The notes: generated by a model from the sequence alone, not told the origin. DNA of 64,000 bases from an uncultured Kiritimatiellota bacterium (GCA_944391085.1 CALXSE010000001.1:71857-135856), one strand, 5' to 3'; shown: positions 23,791 through 33,265, counted from the stretch's first letter. Numbers and translations: made by a program.

Positions 23791-24697
23791 GGGCCAGCGC
23801 CCCGACAAGGAGAAGGAAGAGCCCGCCCAGCACGCCGTGCGCCAGCAGGAGCGCGGCCATCGCCGCCAACGGCGAAAGGTCGAGCGGGCCCAGGCGCAGG
23901 GGCGGGACGCGGCCGCAAAGCAGGCGTAGCACGTCGCGCAGGAAGAAGGCCAGCCGCTGGGAGCCCATGAGCGCGGACAGCGCGAGAAGCAGCCAAAAGA
24001 GGAACAGGTAGTCGCGAAGCTGCCCAATGACATTGAGCACGGCCATGCCCGCCAGGAAAAAGACGCGCAGGGGCACGGGATGATCGGCCACGGCAAGGAA
24101 GGCGGGCGCGTGCGCGCCGCCGGGGAACTGCGCGGCGATCTGCGCGGCAAGGTCGGCGAGCGGATAGGAGACCTCCGCCGCGAAGGCCAGCGACACGGCC
24201 ATGTAAAGCGCCGCGAAGGCCAGGATGGCCAGGGCCTGGGCCCACAGGCGCATCCCCGAGAAAGGCCGCGTGGCCAGGCACAGCAGGTCGCCCGAGAACC
24301 CCGGGAGCTGCCGCCCCAGGCACCACAGGCGCAAGATCAGGTTCCCTGCCAGGAGCGCCAGATAGAACCCCCAAAAATCGAGCGTCGCCAACCCGAACCA
24401 CCCCAGGAAGCCGGAGGCGGGGAAGGTGGCGACGGCCGTCCCGGCCAAGACCAGCTGGGGCCCGCCCAGGCGGGTGAGCACGGCCGCGCAGGCCGCCAGG
24501 TCAAGCGCCAGCAGCACGACGCAGAGGGCGCGGTCGCCCAAGCGCAGGGCGGGGCGCACAAAGGCCAGCAACCGCCCAAGGAGCGCATCGGCGGCGGCGG
24601 CGTAGGGGTTGAGGAGGGCGTATCGCGCCGGGAGCGTCAGGCGCACCAGAAGGATGAGCGCCAGCGGATGCAGGAGGGCCAGGAGCAGGGCGGCCAT
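23780..24697 (-). CDS. Polytopic membrane protein, possibly YggT-like (by position upstream of DUF167)
   Basis: Start at MAALLLALLHPLALILLV (ATGA overlap with the coaX stop). About 8 hydrophobic helices. E. coli has the same yggT-yggU adjacency. Confidence 0.5.
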   Translation of the reverse strand: MAALLLALLHPLALILLVRLTLPARYALLNPYAAAADALLGRLLAFVRPALRLGDRALCVVLLALDLAACAAVLTRLGGPQLVLAGTAVATFPASGFLGWFGLATLDFWGFYLALLAGNLILRLWCLGRQLPGFSGDLLCLATRPFSGMRLWAQALAILAFAALYMAVSLAFAAEVSYPLADLAAQIAAQFPGGAHAPAFLAVADHPVPLRVFFLAGMAVLNVIGQLRDYLFLFWLLLALSALMGSQRLAFFLRDVLRLLCGRVPPLRLGPLDLSPLAAMAALLLAHGVLGGLFLLLVGALAHVV

Positions 24698-25452
24698 CAG
24701 TCGGCGCCCCCGTTCTCGAAGATCCTGCCCAGGCCGAAAAGGGTGAGCGTGGGGTCGATGGCGTAGTCCAGGCCCGCGCCCTCGAGCACCCACGCGGCAT
24801 AGCCGCCGGTGGCGACGACCCTGGCGCGGCCGCCGAAGGGGCGCTGGAGGTGGTCGACCAGCTCACGGACGATGCCGCGGTAACCGACGCGCGCGCCGAG
24901 GGCGATGGCCTCCTCGGTGCTCTTGCCGATGTCGGGCGTCTCGCCGCCGAGGGCGACCTCGGGCAAAAGGGCGGTCTTCTCGTGGAGGTAGGAGGTCATG
25001 AGCGGCAGGCCCGGGGTGATGACGCCGCCCACGTAGGCCGGGCGGGCGTCGAGCACCTCGAAGTTGAGCGCCGTGCCGAAGTCCACCACGATGAGCGGCG
25101 CGCCGTAACGCGCCAGCCCGCCCGCGGCGTCGGCCAGGCGGTCCGCGCCGACACGCTCGGGATTGGGATAATCCAGGGCAAAGCCCAACGGGCTCTCGTG
25201 GGTGACGAACCGGGGTCGGCACCCGAGCGTCTCGCGCGTCAGGGCGCGCCACCTGGCATCGGCCTTCGGGACGACGGAGGCGATGGAGACGCCCTCGACG
25301 CCGCCCGAGGCGATGAGGCGCAGGAGGTCTGCGCAGGCCTCCGGGTTGGCCAGCGCGCCGCCCTCGACGCGGGCCACGCGCGAGACCGCCCCGTCCTCGT
25401 AGAGGCCGAGGGTGGTGGAGGTGTTCCCGACGTCGACGCAGACCAGGCGCAT
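24697..25452 (-). CDS. coaX: Type III pantothenate kinase
   Basis: Start at MRLVCVDVGNTSTTLG. Also VVDFGTALNF and VVATGG. ATGA overlap with the nadC stop. Confidence 0.9.
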   Translation of the reverse strand: MRLVCVDVGNTSTTLGLYEDGAVSRVARVEGGALANPEACADLLRLIASGGVEGVSIASVVPKADARWRALTRETLGCRPRFVTHESPLGFALDYPNPERVGADRLADAAGGLARYGAPLIVVDFGTALNFEVLDARPAYVGGVITPGLPLMTSYLHEKTALLPEVALGGETPDIGKSTEEAIALGARVGYRGIVRELVDHLQRPFGGRARVVATGGYAAWVLEGAGLDYAIDPTLTLFGLGRIFENGGAD

Positions 25453-26342
25453 CAGATGACGCTCCACTCCAAGGCCAGGTCCACGCTCGGGGCCGAATGC
25501 GTCAGCGCGCCCACGCTCAGCGCGTCGACGCCGGTGGCGGCGATGGCGTTGGCGGTCCGGAGGTTGATGCCGCCGGAGGCCTCGAGCCTGGTCTTCTTGC
25601 CGGAGGCGCGGACGATTTGGACGCACTCGCGCATGAGGTCAAGGGGCATGTTGTCGAGCATGATCCACTCGGGCTCGGCGCGGAGGGCGGATTCGAGCTC
25701 GGCCTTGCTCTCCACCTCAATCTCCACGGCCAGGAGGGGATAGGCCTTGCGGGCGGCCTCGACGGCGAGATCCAGGCGGTCGGGGTCGCCGCCGGCCCAG
25801 AGGCGGCGGTGGTTGTCCTTCATGAGGATGCGGTCGTAGAGGCCGAAGCGGTGGTTGGCGCCGCCGCCGCAGCGGACGGCGAACTTCTCGAAGACGCGGA
25901 GGCAGGGGGTGGTCTTGCGGGTGTCGAGGACAAGGCAGTCGTAAGGCTTGACGGCCTCGACGAAGCGGTGGGTGAGGGTGGCGGTGCCGCACATGCGCTG
26001 GATGAAGTTGAGGGCGGTGCGCTCGGCGGTGAGGATGGCGCAGGCGCGGCCGGTGAAGCGGGCCAGGACGCTGCCCTTGGGGGCGAGGGCGCCGTTGGGG
26101 ATGAGGATCTCGCTGGTGAGGGTGGGGTCGAGCAGGCCCAGGGTGAAGAGCGCGACGTTGAGGCCGGCGACGCAGCAGTCCTCGCGGGCCTGGATCTCGC
26201 CGGTGGCCATGACGTCGGGGCCGACGAGGGCGAGGGTGGTGGCGTCGCCGGAGCCGATGTCCTCCTTGAGCGCGGCCTTGATGGCGAGGATGGCGCGGGG
26301 GTCTTTGGTGATGTCCGGGAGTGCTTCGGGGTTCGGATGCAT
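25452..26342 (-). CDS. nadC: Nicotinate-nucleotide pyrophosphorylase (carboxylating)
   Basis: ERTALNFIQRMCGTAT, DTRKTTPCLR, KDNH, IMLDNM, EASGGINL. Confidence 0.95.
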   Translation of the reverse strand: MHPNPEALPDITKDPRAILAIKAALKEDIGSGDATTLALVGPDVMATGEIQAREDCCVAGLNVALFTLGLLDPTLTSEILIPNGALAPKGSVLARFTGRACAILTAERTALNFIQRMCGTATLTHRFVEAVKPYDCLVLDTRKTTPCLRVFEKFAVRCGGGANHRFGLYDRILMKDNHRRLWAGGDPDRLDLAVEAARKAYPLLAVEIEVESKAELESALRAEPEWIMLDNMPLDLMRECVQIVRASGKKTRLEASGGINLRTANAIAATGVDALSVGALTHSAPSVDLALEWSVI

Positions 26343-26357
26343 GGGGTCTTCCTCCGA

Positions 26358-27440
26358 TCAGAGTTCGGGCGTCAGCGCTGGGGTTGCCGGCAGGCCGCCG
26401 ATGAACGCGCACAGCAGGCGGATGATCCGCTCCACGTCGTCAAGGTCGACGACCTCGACGGGGCTGTGCATGTAGCGCAAGGGGATGGAGACAAGGGCGA
26501 CGGCCGCGCCGCCGCGCTGCAGGCGCATGGAATAGGCGTTGTTGCCGGAGGCGCGGGCGCGCACCTGGGGCTGGAGCGGGATCTCCTCGAGGCGGGCGGT
26601 GGCCTCGAGCAGGGCGCGGAGCCTGGGGTTGTAGAGCGGGCCCACGCCAAGGATGGGGCCGCCGCCGAGGCGGACGTCGCCCATCTTCCTGCGGTCGGCG
26701 GGGGTGGCGTCGGTGGCGAAGCCGACGTCGAGGCAAATCCCGATGTCCGGCGCCACCGCATAGGCCGCCGTCTGCCCGCCGACGAGGCCGAGCTCCTCCT
26801 GCACGCTGCCGACGAGGTGGAGCGCCACGTTGAGCGGCGCGAGGGGCTCCTCGGCCAGACGGCGGACGACCTCGGTGGCGATGAAGGCGCCGATGCGGTT
26901 GTCAAGGCCGCGGCAGGAGACGCGACTGCCGGCGAGGGGCCTCCAGCCGGCGTCCACCACCGCCGGGGCGCCGAGGGCGACGAGGCCCTCGGCCTCGGCC
27001 CTGGAGCGCGCGCCGATGTCCACCGGCGCCTCGGCGAGATCCCCCGGCGCCACGCTGTCGCGCTCCTTGGGGGCCATGAGGTGGGGCGGGCGCACGCCGA
27101 AGACGCCGTTGACGGGGCCCTCCCGCCCCTGGATGACGACGCGCTCGCCGGCGACGGTCTGGGGGGTGACGCCGCCGTTGGGGATGAGGTAAAGGAACCC
27201 GGAATCGTCGATGTAGGAGACGAGGAAGCCGATTTCGTCGCAGTGCGCCTCGAGCATGACCTTGGTGGGGGCGCCCTCGTTGAGCACGGCGTGGAGGTTG
27301 CCGTGGACGTCGAAGGCGCACGCCACGCCGGCGCCCGCCAGGCGCCTTGCCATCAGCCGCTGGCCATCCTGCTCGAACCCGCTCGGGGCCCGGCACGCCA
27401 CCAACGCCTTGAGGAAACCCATTGCCTGCTTGTCCAACAT
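26358..27440 (-). CDS. M42-family aminopeptidase (FrvX/CelM-like)
   Basis: APSGFEQD, EAHCDEIGFLV, RGLDNRIG, QEELGLVG, IPLRYMHSPVEV. Confidence 0.85.
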   Translation of the reverse strand: MLDKQAMGFLKALVACRAPSGFEQDGQRLMARRLAGAGVACAFDVHGNLHAVLNEGAPTKVMLEAHCDEIGFLVSYIDDSGFLYLIPNGGVTPQTVAGERVVIQGREGPVNGVFGVRPPHLMAPKERDSVAPGDLAEAPVDIGARSRAEAEGLVALGAPAVVDAGWRPLAGSRVSCRGLDNRIGAFIATEVVRRLAEEPLAPLNVALHLVGSVQEELGLVGGQTAAYAVAPDIGICLDVGFATDATPADRRKMGDVRLGGGPILGVGPLYNPRLRALLEATARLEEIPLQPQVRARASGNNAYSMRLQRGGAAVALVSIPLRYMHSPVEVVDLDDVERIIRLLCAFIGGLPATPALTPEL

Positions 27441-27463
27441 CGCGCACTCCTAAAATCTTCCCC

Positions 27464-27472
27464 AGTGTAGCA
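27464..27472 (-). promoter_or_regulatory. Extended -10 TGCTACACT (M42-nadC-coaX operon)
   Basis: Minus strand ATTTGCTACACTGGGG. TAGGAG SD in the 23-nt leader. Confidence 0.5.
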
Positions 27473-27508
27473 AATCCGCGCGCGGCTGTCTCCCCGCACC
27501 GCCCGGTT

Positions 27509-27517
27509 TGCTACAAT
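27509..27517 (+). promoter_or_regulatory. Extended -10 TGCTACAAT (PP-loop gene)
   Basis: GTTTGCTACAATGTG, 42 nt upstream of ATG 27560. Back to back with the minus-strand box at 27464-27472. Confidence 0.5.
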
Positions 27518-27559
27518 GTGCGGCGTTTCGTCACTTCGGCAACCATTCGGGGCGCTCCC

Positions 27560-28540
27560 ATGCAGACACGCGGCATTTCCCTTCTTTCCGGCGGGCTCGA
27601 TTCCATGCTCGCCATTTGCGTCTTGCGCGACCAGGGCATCGAGATGGAGGGCGTGGTCTTCGTCAGCCCCTTCTTCGACGCGAAAGCCGCCCGCAAGGCC
27701 GCCGCGCAGCTGGGCGTGCGCCTCCACGAGCTGGACTTCACCGCGGACATCCTGGCGCTGGTGCGCGACCCGCCCCACGGCTTCGGCGGCGCGATGAACC
27801 CCTGCATCGACTGCCACGCCGCGATGATCCGCCGCGCCGGCGAGTTCATGCGCCGGGGCGGCTACGACTTCGTCTCCACCGGCGAGGTGCTCAACCAGCG
27901 CCCCATGTCCCAAAACCGCCGCAGCCTGGAAACCGTCGCCGCGGCCTCCGGCCTCCCGGGCCGCCTCCTGCGCCCCCTCTCCGCCCAGCTCCTCGAGCCC
28001 ACCGAGCCCGAGCGCGACGGCCGCGTCGACCGCGCGCGCCTCTGCGCCATCCAGGGCCGCCAGCGCGTCGAGCAGCTGGCCCTGGCCAAACGCTTCGGCC
28101 TGACGGAGTTCCCCTCCCCCGCCGGCGGCTGCCTCCTCACCGAGAAGGGCTACTGCCGCAAGCTCCGCGACCTCTTCGACCACACCGAGGGCATCCCCGC
28201 GGCCGAGGACGTCGCGCTCCTGCGCTTCTCGCGCCACTTCCGCCTGCCCGGCGGCGGCCGCATCATCGTGGGGCGCAACCGCGCCGACAACCAGGCCCTC
28301 AAGGCCCTCGCCGCGCAGGGCCGCGCCCTCCTGCACACCGTCAACGTCCCGGGCCCCACCGCCGCCATCCTCGGCCCCATCGGCCCGGAGGATCTGCGCC
28401 TGGCCGCCGGCATCGTCGCGCACTACGGCGACCGCGGCCAGCTCCGGCAGATCACCGTCCGCCACCTCACCCCGGGTGGACAGGAAGAGTTCCCCGCCGA
28501 GCCGCTCCCGCGCGAGGCCTTCGAGCCCTGGATGCTCTGA
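27560..28540 (+). CDS. PP-loop ATP pyrophosphatase, ThiI/MnmA-like tRNA sulfurtransferase without a THUMP domain
   Basis: Start at MQTRGISLLSGGLDSMLA (SGGxDS PP-loop). Also NPCIDCH and a later GGCLLTEKG Cys motif. Confidence 0.65.
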   Translation: MQTRGISLLSGGLDSMLAICVLRDQGIEMEGVVFVSPFFDAKAARKAAAQLGVRLHELDFTADILALVRDPPHGFGGAMNPCIDCHAAMIRRAGEFMRRGGYDFVSTGEVLNQRPMSQNRRSLETVAAASGLPGRLLRPLSAQLLEPTEPERDGRVDRARLCAIQGRQRVEQLALAKRFGLTEFPSPAGGCLLTEKGYCRKLRDLFDHTEGIPAAEDVALLRFSRHFRLPGGGRIIVGRNRADNQALKALAAQGRALLHTVNVPGPTAAILGPIGPEDLRLAAGIVAHYGDRGQLRQITVRHLTPGGQEEFPAEPLPREAFEPWML

Positions 28541-28555
28541 GGCGCCCCGCGGCCG

Positions 28556-29260
28556 TCAGGCGAAGCGGCCCTTGCGCGCGTCCACATACGCCTCGAGCGC
28601 GGCGCGGGCGCGCGCCTCGCGGAGCGAGCCCAGGATCCCCTCCCTGGCCTCCTCAAAGAGCATCGGCTCCTCCGGCAGATGGGCCAGCACCTGGATGAGG
28701 TGCCAGCCGAACTCCGTCTCCACCACGTCGGTGACCGCGCCCTCCTCGGCGGCGAAGGCCGCGTCCTCGAAGGCCTGCACCATCGCCCCGCGCGGGAAGA
28801 AGCCCAGGTCGTCGTTGCCGGGGCAGGAAGAGTGCCTTGCGGCGGCCTCCTCCCACGTCGTCCGGCCCGACAGGATGTCCGCGCGCAGGTTAAGGAGCGC
28901 GGCCACGGCCCCGGCCGGGTCGACGCCCGGGCCGCGGTGGATGACGATGTGGCGCGCGTGGACGCGCTCGGGGGCGACGAAGCGCTCGGGGTGCGCCCTG
29001 AAGACGGCGCGGGCCTCGTCCACGGTCGGCTCGGGCGCGGCGTCGGCGACGGCCTTCATGAGCTGCTCGACGCTCTGCCCCGCGGCCTTGGCGTCGGTCT
29101 CCAGGATAATGCGCTCGCGGAGGTTCTCGGCGGCCCACTCGCGCAATTGCGCGTCGCTCGGCTCCTCGCCGTTGGCGCGCAGGAAGGCCTCGTAACGGGG
29201 GCGGAGGCGCTCGGCCTCGGCGGAGACGGCTTCAGGGGTCGGCTGGGGATAAGGCTTCAT
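28556..29260 (-). CDS. Parvulin-type peptidyl-prolyl isomerase
   Basis: Only the last 234 codons of track ORF 28556..29998 are credible, from MKPYPQPTPE. VHARHIVI...GNDDLGFFPRGAMVQAFEDAAF...TEFGWHLIQV is the rotamase core. No obvious signal peptide. Confidence 0.8.
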   Translation of the reverse strand: MKPYPQPTPEAVSAEAERLRPRYEAFLRANGEEPSDAQLREWAAENLRERIILETDAKAAGQSVEQLMKAVADAAPEPTVDEARAVFRAHPERFVAPERVHARHIVIHRGPGVDPAGAVAALLNLRADILSGRTTWEEAAARHSSCPGNDDLGFFPRGAMVQAFEDAAFAAEEGAVTDVVETEFGWHLIQVLAHLPEEPMLFEEAREGILGSLREARARAALEAYVDARKGRFA

Positions 29261-30041
29261 CGGGGTGCTCCGGTTGGGCGGCAGGCTGGCGGTCGAAGAC
29301 GCCGGCGGCCTCGAGCTCGGCGTCCTCCTCGGCGGTGAGGGTGATGGGCTGGGTGGGCGGCAGGCCCTGCTTGATGCGCTCGATCTGCAGGCGGCGCGCG
29401 GCGGCCTGGGTCTGCGCCTCGATGATCTTGGCGTTCTCGGCGGCGATCTCGTTGCCGATGGCGGCGCGGCGCTTGGCCTCGGCCTGGGCCTTGGCGGCCT
29501 CGCGGCGGAGCAGGCGGGCGCGGAAGGAGCCCTGCGCGGGGGCCGGGGCCGCGGCGGCGGGGCGGACGGAGGCGGGGCGGATGGGGGCGGGCGCCGCGGC
29601 GGCGGGGCCAAGCGCGGCCATCGGCTCGGCCTGGGCGGGCTTCTCGATGAGCCCCTTGCCGAGGCCGAGGGTGAAGGTAAGGCCGTCTTTGGCGAGCGTG
29701 GCCCACTCGGCGTCGTAGTCGGCCTCGACGAGGGTAAAGCCGTTCTGCGTCTCGCCCACGCCCAGCAGGTAGCTGGCGAAGGCCCCGCCCGTCTCGTCGA
29801 TGAAGGCGATCTTGCGCGATCCGTCGGGCAGGTCGGTGATGCCGACCATGCGGAACTTCTGGGCGATTTCCTCGCGCTGGCGCTGTTGCTCGGCGGCGTC
29901 CGCCGCGGCGTCCGCGGAGACCTGCGCGGCCATGTCGCCGAAGGGTTTGGCGTCGATGATCGGCTGATAACGCCCGCGCCCGGCCTCCCCCTGGGCAAAG
30001 GCGAGCGGCGCGGCCAGGCAGAGCAGCAGCGGCGTCTTCAT
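29232..30041 (-). CDS. Secreted protein with PilP/GspC-like beta domain and Ala/Lys-rich coiled C-terminus
   Basis: Last 269 codons of track ORF 29232..31451. Signal peptide MKTPLLLCLAAPLAFAQG. FRMVGITDLPDGSRKIAFIDETGGAFASYLLGVGETQNGFTLVEADYDAEWATLAKDG resembles PilP/GspC HR domains. ATGA overlap with the SNF gene stop. Confidence 0.5.
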   Translation of the reverse strand: MKTPLLLCLAAPLAFAQGEAGRGRYQPIIDAKPFGDMAAQVSADAAADAAEQQRQREEIAQKFRMVGITDLPDGSRKIAFIDETGGAFASYLLGVGETQNGFTLVEADYDAEWATLAKDGLTFTLGLGKGLIEKPAQAEPMAALGPAAAAPAPIRPASVRPAAAAPAPAQGSFRARLLRREAAKAQAEAKRRAAIGNEIAAENAKIIEAQTQAAARRLQIERIKQGLPPTQPITLTAEEDAELEAAGVFDRQPAAQPEHPDEALSPADP

Positions 30042-31591
30042 CAGAACCCCAGGAAGCCCGAGACGTAGAGGAAGACCAAGAGGATGCCGACGGGCGAGAC
30101 CCAGCGGACGAGGAAGCCCCAGAGCGCCGGCAACGCGCGCCAATCCTCCCCGGCGGCGAGCAGCTCGGGCGCGGCGCGGCGCGGCGTCCACGCCCACCCC
30201 ACCAGGAGCGCGGTGGAGAGCGCGGTGAAGGGCAGGCACCAGTTGCTGGCGAAGTTGTCGAGCGTGTCCAGCCAGTTCCCGCGGTACAACTCGCCCATGC
30301 AGGCCTCGGCGGCCTTGCCCAGCCACGGCAGGTGGCCCCAATCGGCCGTGGAGAAGACCGAAAGCAGCCCCATCAGCGTGCAGAGCGCGAAGCCGATGAA
30401 CACCGCCGTGCGGCGGCTCCCGCGCCTGTGCCCGCGCCGCAGGCGCTCGATGAAGACCGTCGCCCCGCACTCCAGCAGCGCCACCGAGCTGGTGACCGCC
30501 GCGATGAACAGCATGAAGAAGAAGCACGCCGCCCAGAAGGGCCCCCACCACATCGTGTCGAAGACCGCCGGCAGGGCCCCGAAGATGAGCCCCGGCCCCG
30601 CGCTGGGCGAAAGCCCCACCGCGAAGACCGCCGGGAAGATGGCCAGCCCCGCCAGCAGCGCCGCGCACGTGTCCAGCACGCCCACCCACCCTGCGGCCCG
30701 CAGGATGTTGTGCTCCTTGTGCAGGTACGAGCCGTAGGTGACCGTGATGGCCATGCCCAGCGAGAGCGAGAAGAAGACCTGCCCCAGCGCCATCAGCACC
30801 ACCTTGGGCGTGAAGGCGTCCAGCGTCGGCCGCAGCAGGAACTCGACGCCCCGCCCCGCCCCCGGCAGCGTCACGCTCCGCGCGATCACCACCAGCAGCA
30901 GCACGAAGAGCAGCGGCATCAGGATTTTGCTCATCCGCTCGATGCCCGCGCGGATGCCGCCCAGCAGCATCGCCCCCGTCACCGCCATGAAGACGCCAAA
31001 GCCCCACAGCACCCGCCACGGGCTGGCCACGTACGCCGCGAAGGCCGTCTGCGACGTCTTGGCCACCTCCACCGCCGCCACGCCCTCGGCCGCCTCCGGC
31101 ACCAACGTCCCCGTCAGCGCCAGGCGGATGTACTCCACGATCCACCCCCCGATCACCGCGTAGTAGGACAAAATCGCCAGCGCCACGATCGTGCACACCC
31201 ACCCCAGCACCGAGAACCCCTTCTTCGCGAAGAGGAAGACCCCCGCCAGCGCCAGCGCCACCGGCAGCCACGCCTCCATCGTCGCGAAGGCCACCGCCAT
31301 CCCCGCCGAGAGCGTGCTCAGCACGAACCGCGCCCCCACGCTCCCCGAGAGCCGCTCCACCTTGCCCATCGCGTTGATGATGTTCCGCCGCGTGTGCCGC
31401 CCGATCAGCATCTCCGCGCACATCACCGGCAGGCCGATGAAGGCCACGCACAGCACATACACCAGCACGAAGGTCCCGCCGCCGTTCTCCCCGGCCATGT
31501 AGGGGAACTTCCAGATGTTCCCCAACCCGATGGCCGAGCCCGCTGAGGCCAAGATAAACCCAATCGACGATGTCCAGTTCTCGCGCGTCAT
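30041..31591 (-). CDS. Sodium-dependent transporter, neurotransmitter:sodium symporter (SNF) family
   Basis: Start at MTRENWTSSIGFILASAGSAIGLGNIWKFPYMAGENGGGTFVLVY, the SNF signature. 12 TM-like segments. Confidence 0.92.
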   Translation of the reverse strand: MTRENWTSSIGFILASAGSAIGLGNIWKFPYMAGENGGGTFVLVYVLCVAFIGLPVMCAEMLIGRHTRRNIINAMGKVERLSGSVGARFVLSTLSAGMAVAFATMEAWLPVALALAGVFLFAKKGFSVLGWVCTIVALAILSYYAVIGGWIVEYIRLALTGTLVPEAAEGVAAVEVAKTSQTAFAAYVASPWRVLWGFGVFMAVTGAMLLGGIRAGIERMSKILMPLLFVLLLVVIARSVTLPGAGRGVEFLLRPTLDAFTPKVVLMALGQVFFSLSLGMAITVTYGSYLHKEHNILRAAGWVGVLDTCAALLAGLAIFPAVFAVGLSPSAGPGLIFGALPAVFDTMWWGPFWAACFFFMLFIAAVTSSVALLECGATVFIERLRRGHRRGSRRTAVFIGFALCTLMGLLSVFSTADWGHLPWLGKAAEACMGELYRGNWLDTLDNFASNWCLPFTALSTALLVGWAWTPRRAAPELLAAGEDWRALPALWGFLVRWVSPVGILLVFLYVSGFLGF

Positions 31592-31637
31592 ACCGCTCCT
31601 TTCCCGCCCCGCGTCCAAAGCCAAACCGCCCGCGCCC

Positions 31638-32798
31638 CTAAGCGCCCAAAAGCCCCGCCAGCGCCTCCGCCGCGCGCGCCGTCGCCCCGGGCGGCCCCAG
31701 GCGCCCGCGCACCTCGGCGTACGCCTCCAGCAGCCCGCGCCGCGCCGGCGTGTCGCGTAGGAGTTCGAGCGTCAGGCGCGCGGCGTTCCGGGCCGTGCAG
31801 TCGCGCTGCAGCAGCTCCGGCATCACCAGGCGCCCCGCCACGATGTTCACCAGCCCCGCCCACCGGAAGGCCGCCCGCAGCGTCACCAGCCGCGCCACCA
31901 GCTCCGTCGGCAGGCTCACGCGGTAGGCCAGCACCGCCGGGCAATCCATCAGGCACGCCTCGAGCGTCGCCGTCCCGCTGGCGATCATCGCCGCCCCCGC
32001 CTGGGCCAGCACGTGGCGCGCCTGCCCGTCCACCACCGCCAGGCGCCCCGGCGCGGGATGGCGCGCCAAGACCGCCTCCGCCAACGCCCGCATCTTCGGC
32101 GTCGGCGCCGGCAGGAGGAAGGAGACCTCCCCCCCCAGCCCGGCCTCCACGCACCGCGCCGCCTCCAGGAAGGTCGGCAGCAACGCCCGGATCTCCCCCG
32201 CCCGGCTCCCCGGCAGGATCGCCACGCGCCGCCCCGGCCCCCACGGCAGCGCCGGCGGGGGCTCGGCCCGCGTGGCCGCGGCCTGCTCCACCAGTGGGTG
32301 GCCCACGTACACCGCCCGCAGGCCCGTCCCCGCGTAAAGCGCCGGCTCAAAGGGGAAGATGCACAGCAGCAGGTCGAAGGCCCGCGCCATCCGCCGCACG
32401 CGCCCCCGCCGCCACACCCACACCTTCGGCGAGATGTAATGCGCCGTCCTCACCCCCAGCGCCCGCACCCGTTCGGCCAGCGCCACGTTGAAGGAATAGT
32501 AATCCAGCGTCACCAGCAGATCCGGCCGCCACGCGGCAGCCAACGCCGCCATGTCCGCCAACGCCTTCCTGAAAAAGCGCAACCTCGCCGCCACCTCCAC
32601 CACCCCCATCGCCCCCATCGCGTCGGTGTGGTAAAGCAGGTCGGCCCCCTCGGCGCGCAGCGCGTCGCCGCCCATCCCCCGCACCTCGATCGCCCGCCCC
32701 GGGAAACGGGCCCGCAGGGCCCGCACCAGCGCGCCCCCGTACATGTCGCCGGAGACCTCCCCGGCGGCGACCATCACCTTCAGCGGCGCTGCGCTCAT
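31638..32798 (-). CDS. lpxB: Lipid-A-disaccharide synthase
   Basis: Start at MSAAPLKVMVAAGEVSGDMYG. Also HYISPKVWVWRRGRV, FPFEP, ASGTATLE. Confidence 0.9.
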   Translation of the reverse strand: MSAAPLKVMVAAGEVSGDMYGGALVRALRARFPGRAIEVRGMGGDALRAEGADLLYHTDAMGAMGVVEVAARLRFFRKALADMAALAAAWRPDLLVTLDYYSFNVALAERVRALGVRTAHYISPKVWVWRRGRVRRMARAFDLLLCIFPFEPALYAGTGLRAVYVGHPLVEQAAATRAEPPPALPWGPGRRVAILPGSRAGEIRALLPTFLEAARCVEAGLGGEVSFLLPAPTPKMRALAEAVLARHPAPGRLAVVDGQARHVLAQAGAAMIASGTATLEACLMDCPAVLAYRVSLPTELVARLVTLRAAFRWAGLVNIVAGRLVMPELLQRDCTARNAARLTLELLRDTPARRGLLEAYAEVRGRLGPPGATARAAEALAGLLGA

Positions 32799-33247
32799 TC
32801 CGCCAGCCGCGTGACGATCCGTTCGGGTGCGCTCACCCCGCCCTCGGTGACGTAGACGTGCGCCCAATCCAGCCCCACCACCTGGCCGGGCTTCAGCGCC
32901 GCGATGGCCAGGCGCAGGGCCTCGGGCGTCTCCGCGTCGGGCGTGCCGTCCTTGTGCGCCACGCGCACCTGGAAGCGCTCCTGCTTCCCGTCGCCATACT
33001 TCCCGGGCTTCTCATAGCCCGTGTACTCCACGATGGCGAACACCGCGTACGTCCCGCCGTGGTCGCACTTGTCAGGGCACTGCGACGTCCGGAACCGGCA
33101 CGGCGCCTCGACCGTCCCCTCGAACCGCGCCACCGTCCGATGGAGTGAGAGCGTCTCCCCCGGCAACTGCGCGACATTCTCGTACGAAACCGTGGCGCAA
33201 CCGGAGAGCAACGCCGCGATGGCCAACAATGGGATCATCTTTCTCAT
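32795..33247 (-). CDS. Small lipoprotein, family unknown
   Basis: Last 150 codons of track ORF 32795..33643. MRKMIPLLAIAALLSGC lipobox and a Cys-rich core (CRFRTSQCPDKCDHGG). Overlaps the lpxB start. Confidence 0.65.
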   Translation of the reverse strand: MRKMIPLLAIAALLSGCATVSYENVAQLPGETLSLHRTVARFEGTVEAPCRFRTSQCPDKCDHGGTYAVFAIVEYTGYEKPGKYGDGKQERFQVRVAHKDGTPDAETPEALRLAIAALKPGQVVGLDWAHVYVTEGGVSAPERIVTRLAE

Positions 33248-33256
33248 AGCCTTTCC

Positions 33257-33265
33257 ATAATAGCA
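33257..33265 (-). promoter_or_regulatory. Extended -10 TGCTATTAT (lipoprotein-lpxB-SNF-ppiC operon)
   Basis: Minus strand GTGTGCTATTATGGAAAGGCTATG. The -10 ends 9 nt before the ATG. Confidence 0.5.

Noticed and set aside
29232-29260. The 29-nt (ppiC/upstream gene) and 46-nt (ppx/ppk, 55655-55700) gene overlaps as signs of frameshift or pseudogenisation
   Set aside because: Both downstream genes have full-length, motif-complete products from the chosen ATGs. The overlaps are more simply short C-terminal tails of the upstream genes, though alternative downstream starts cannot be excluded.
32129-32136. C8 homopolymer as a phase-variation tract
   Set aside because: It lies inside the coding region of lpxB (encoding Gly-Gly), a core lipid-A biosynthesis gene where frameshift switching is implausible.
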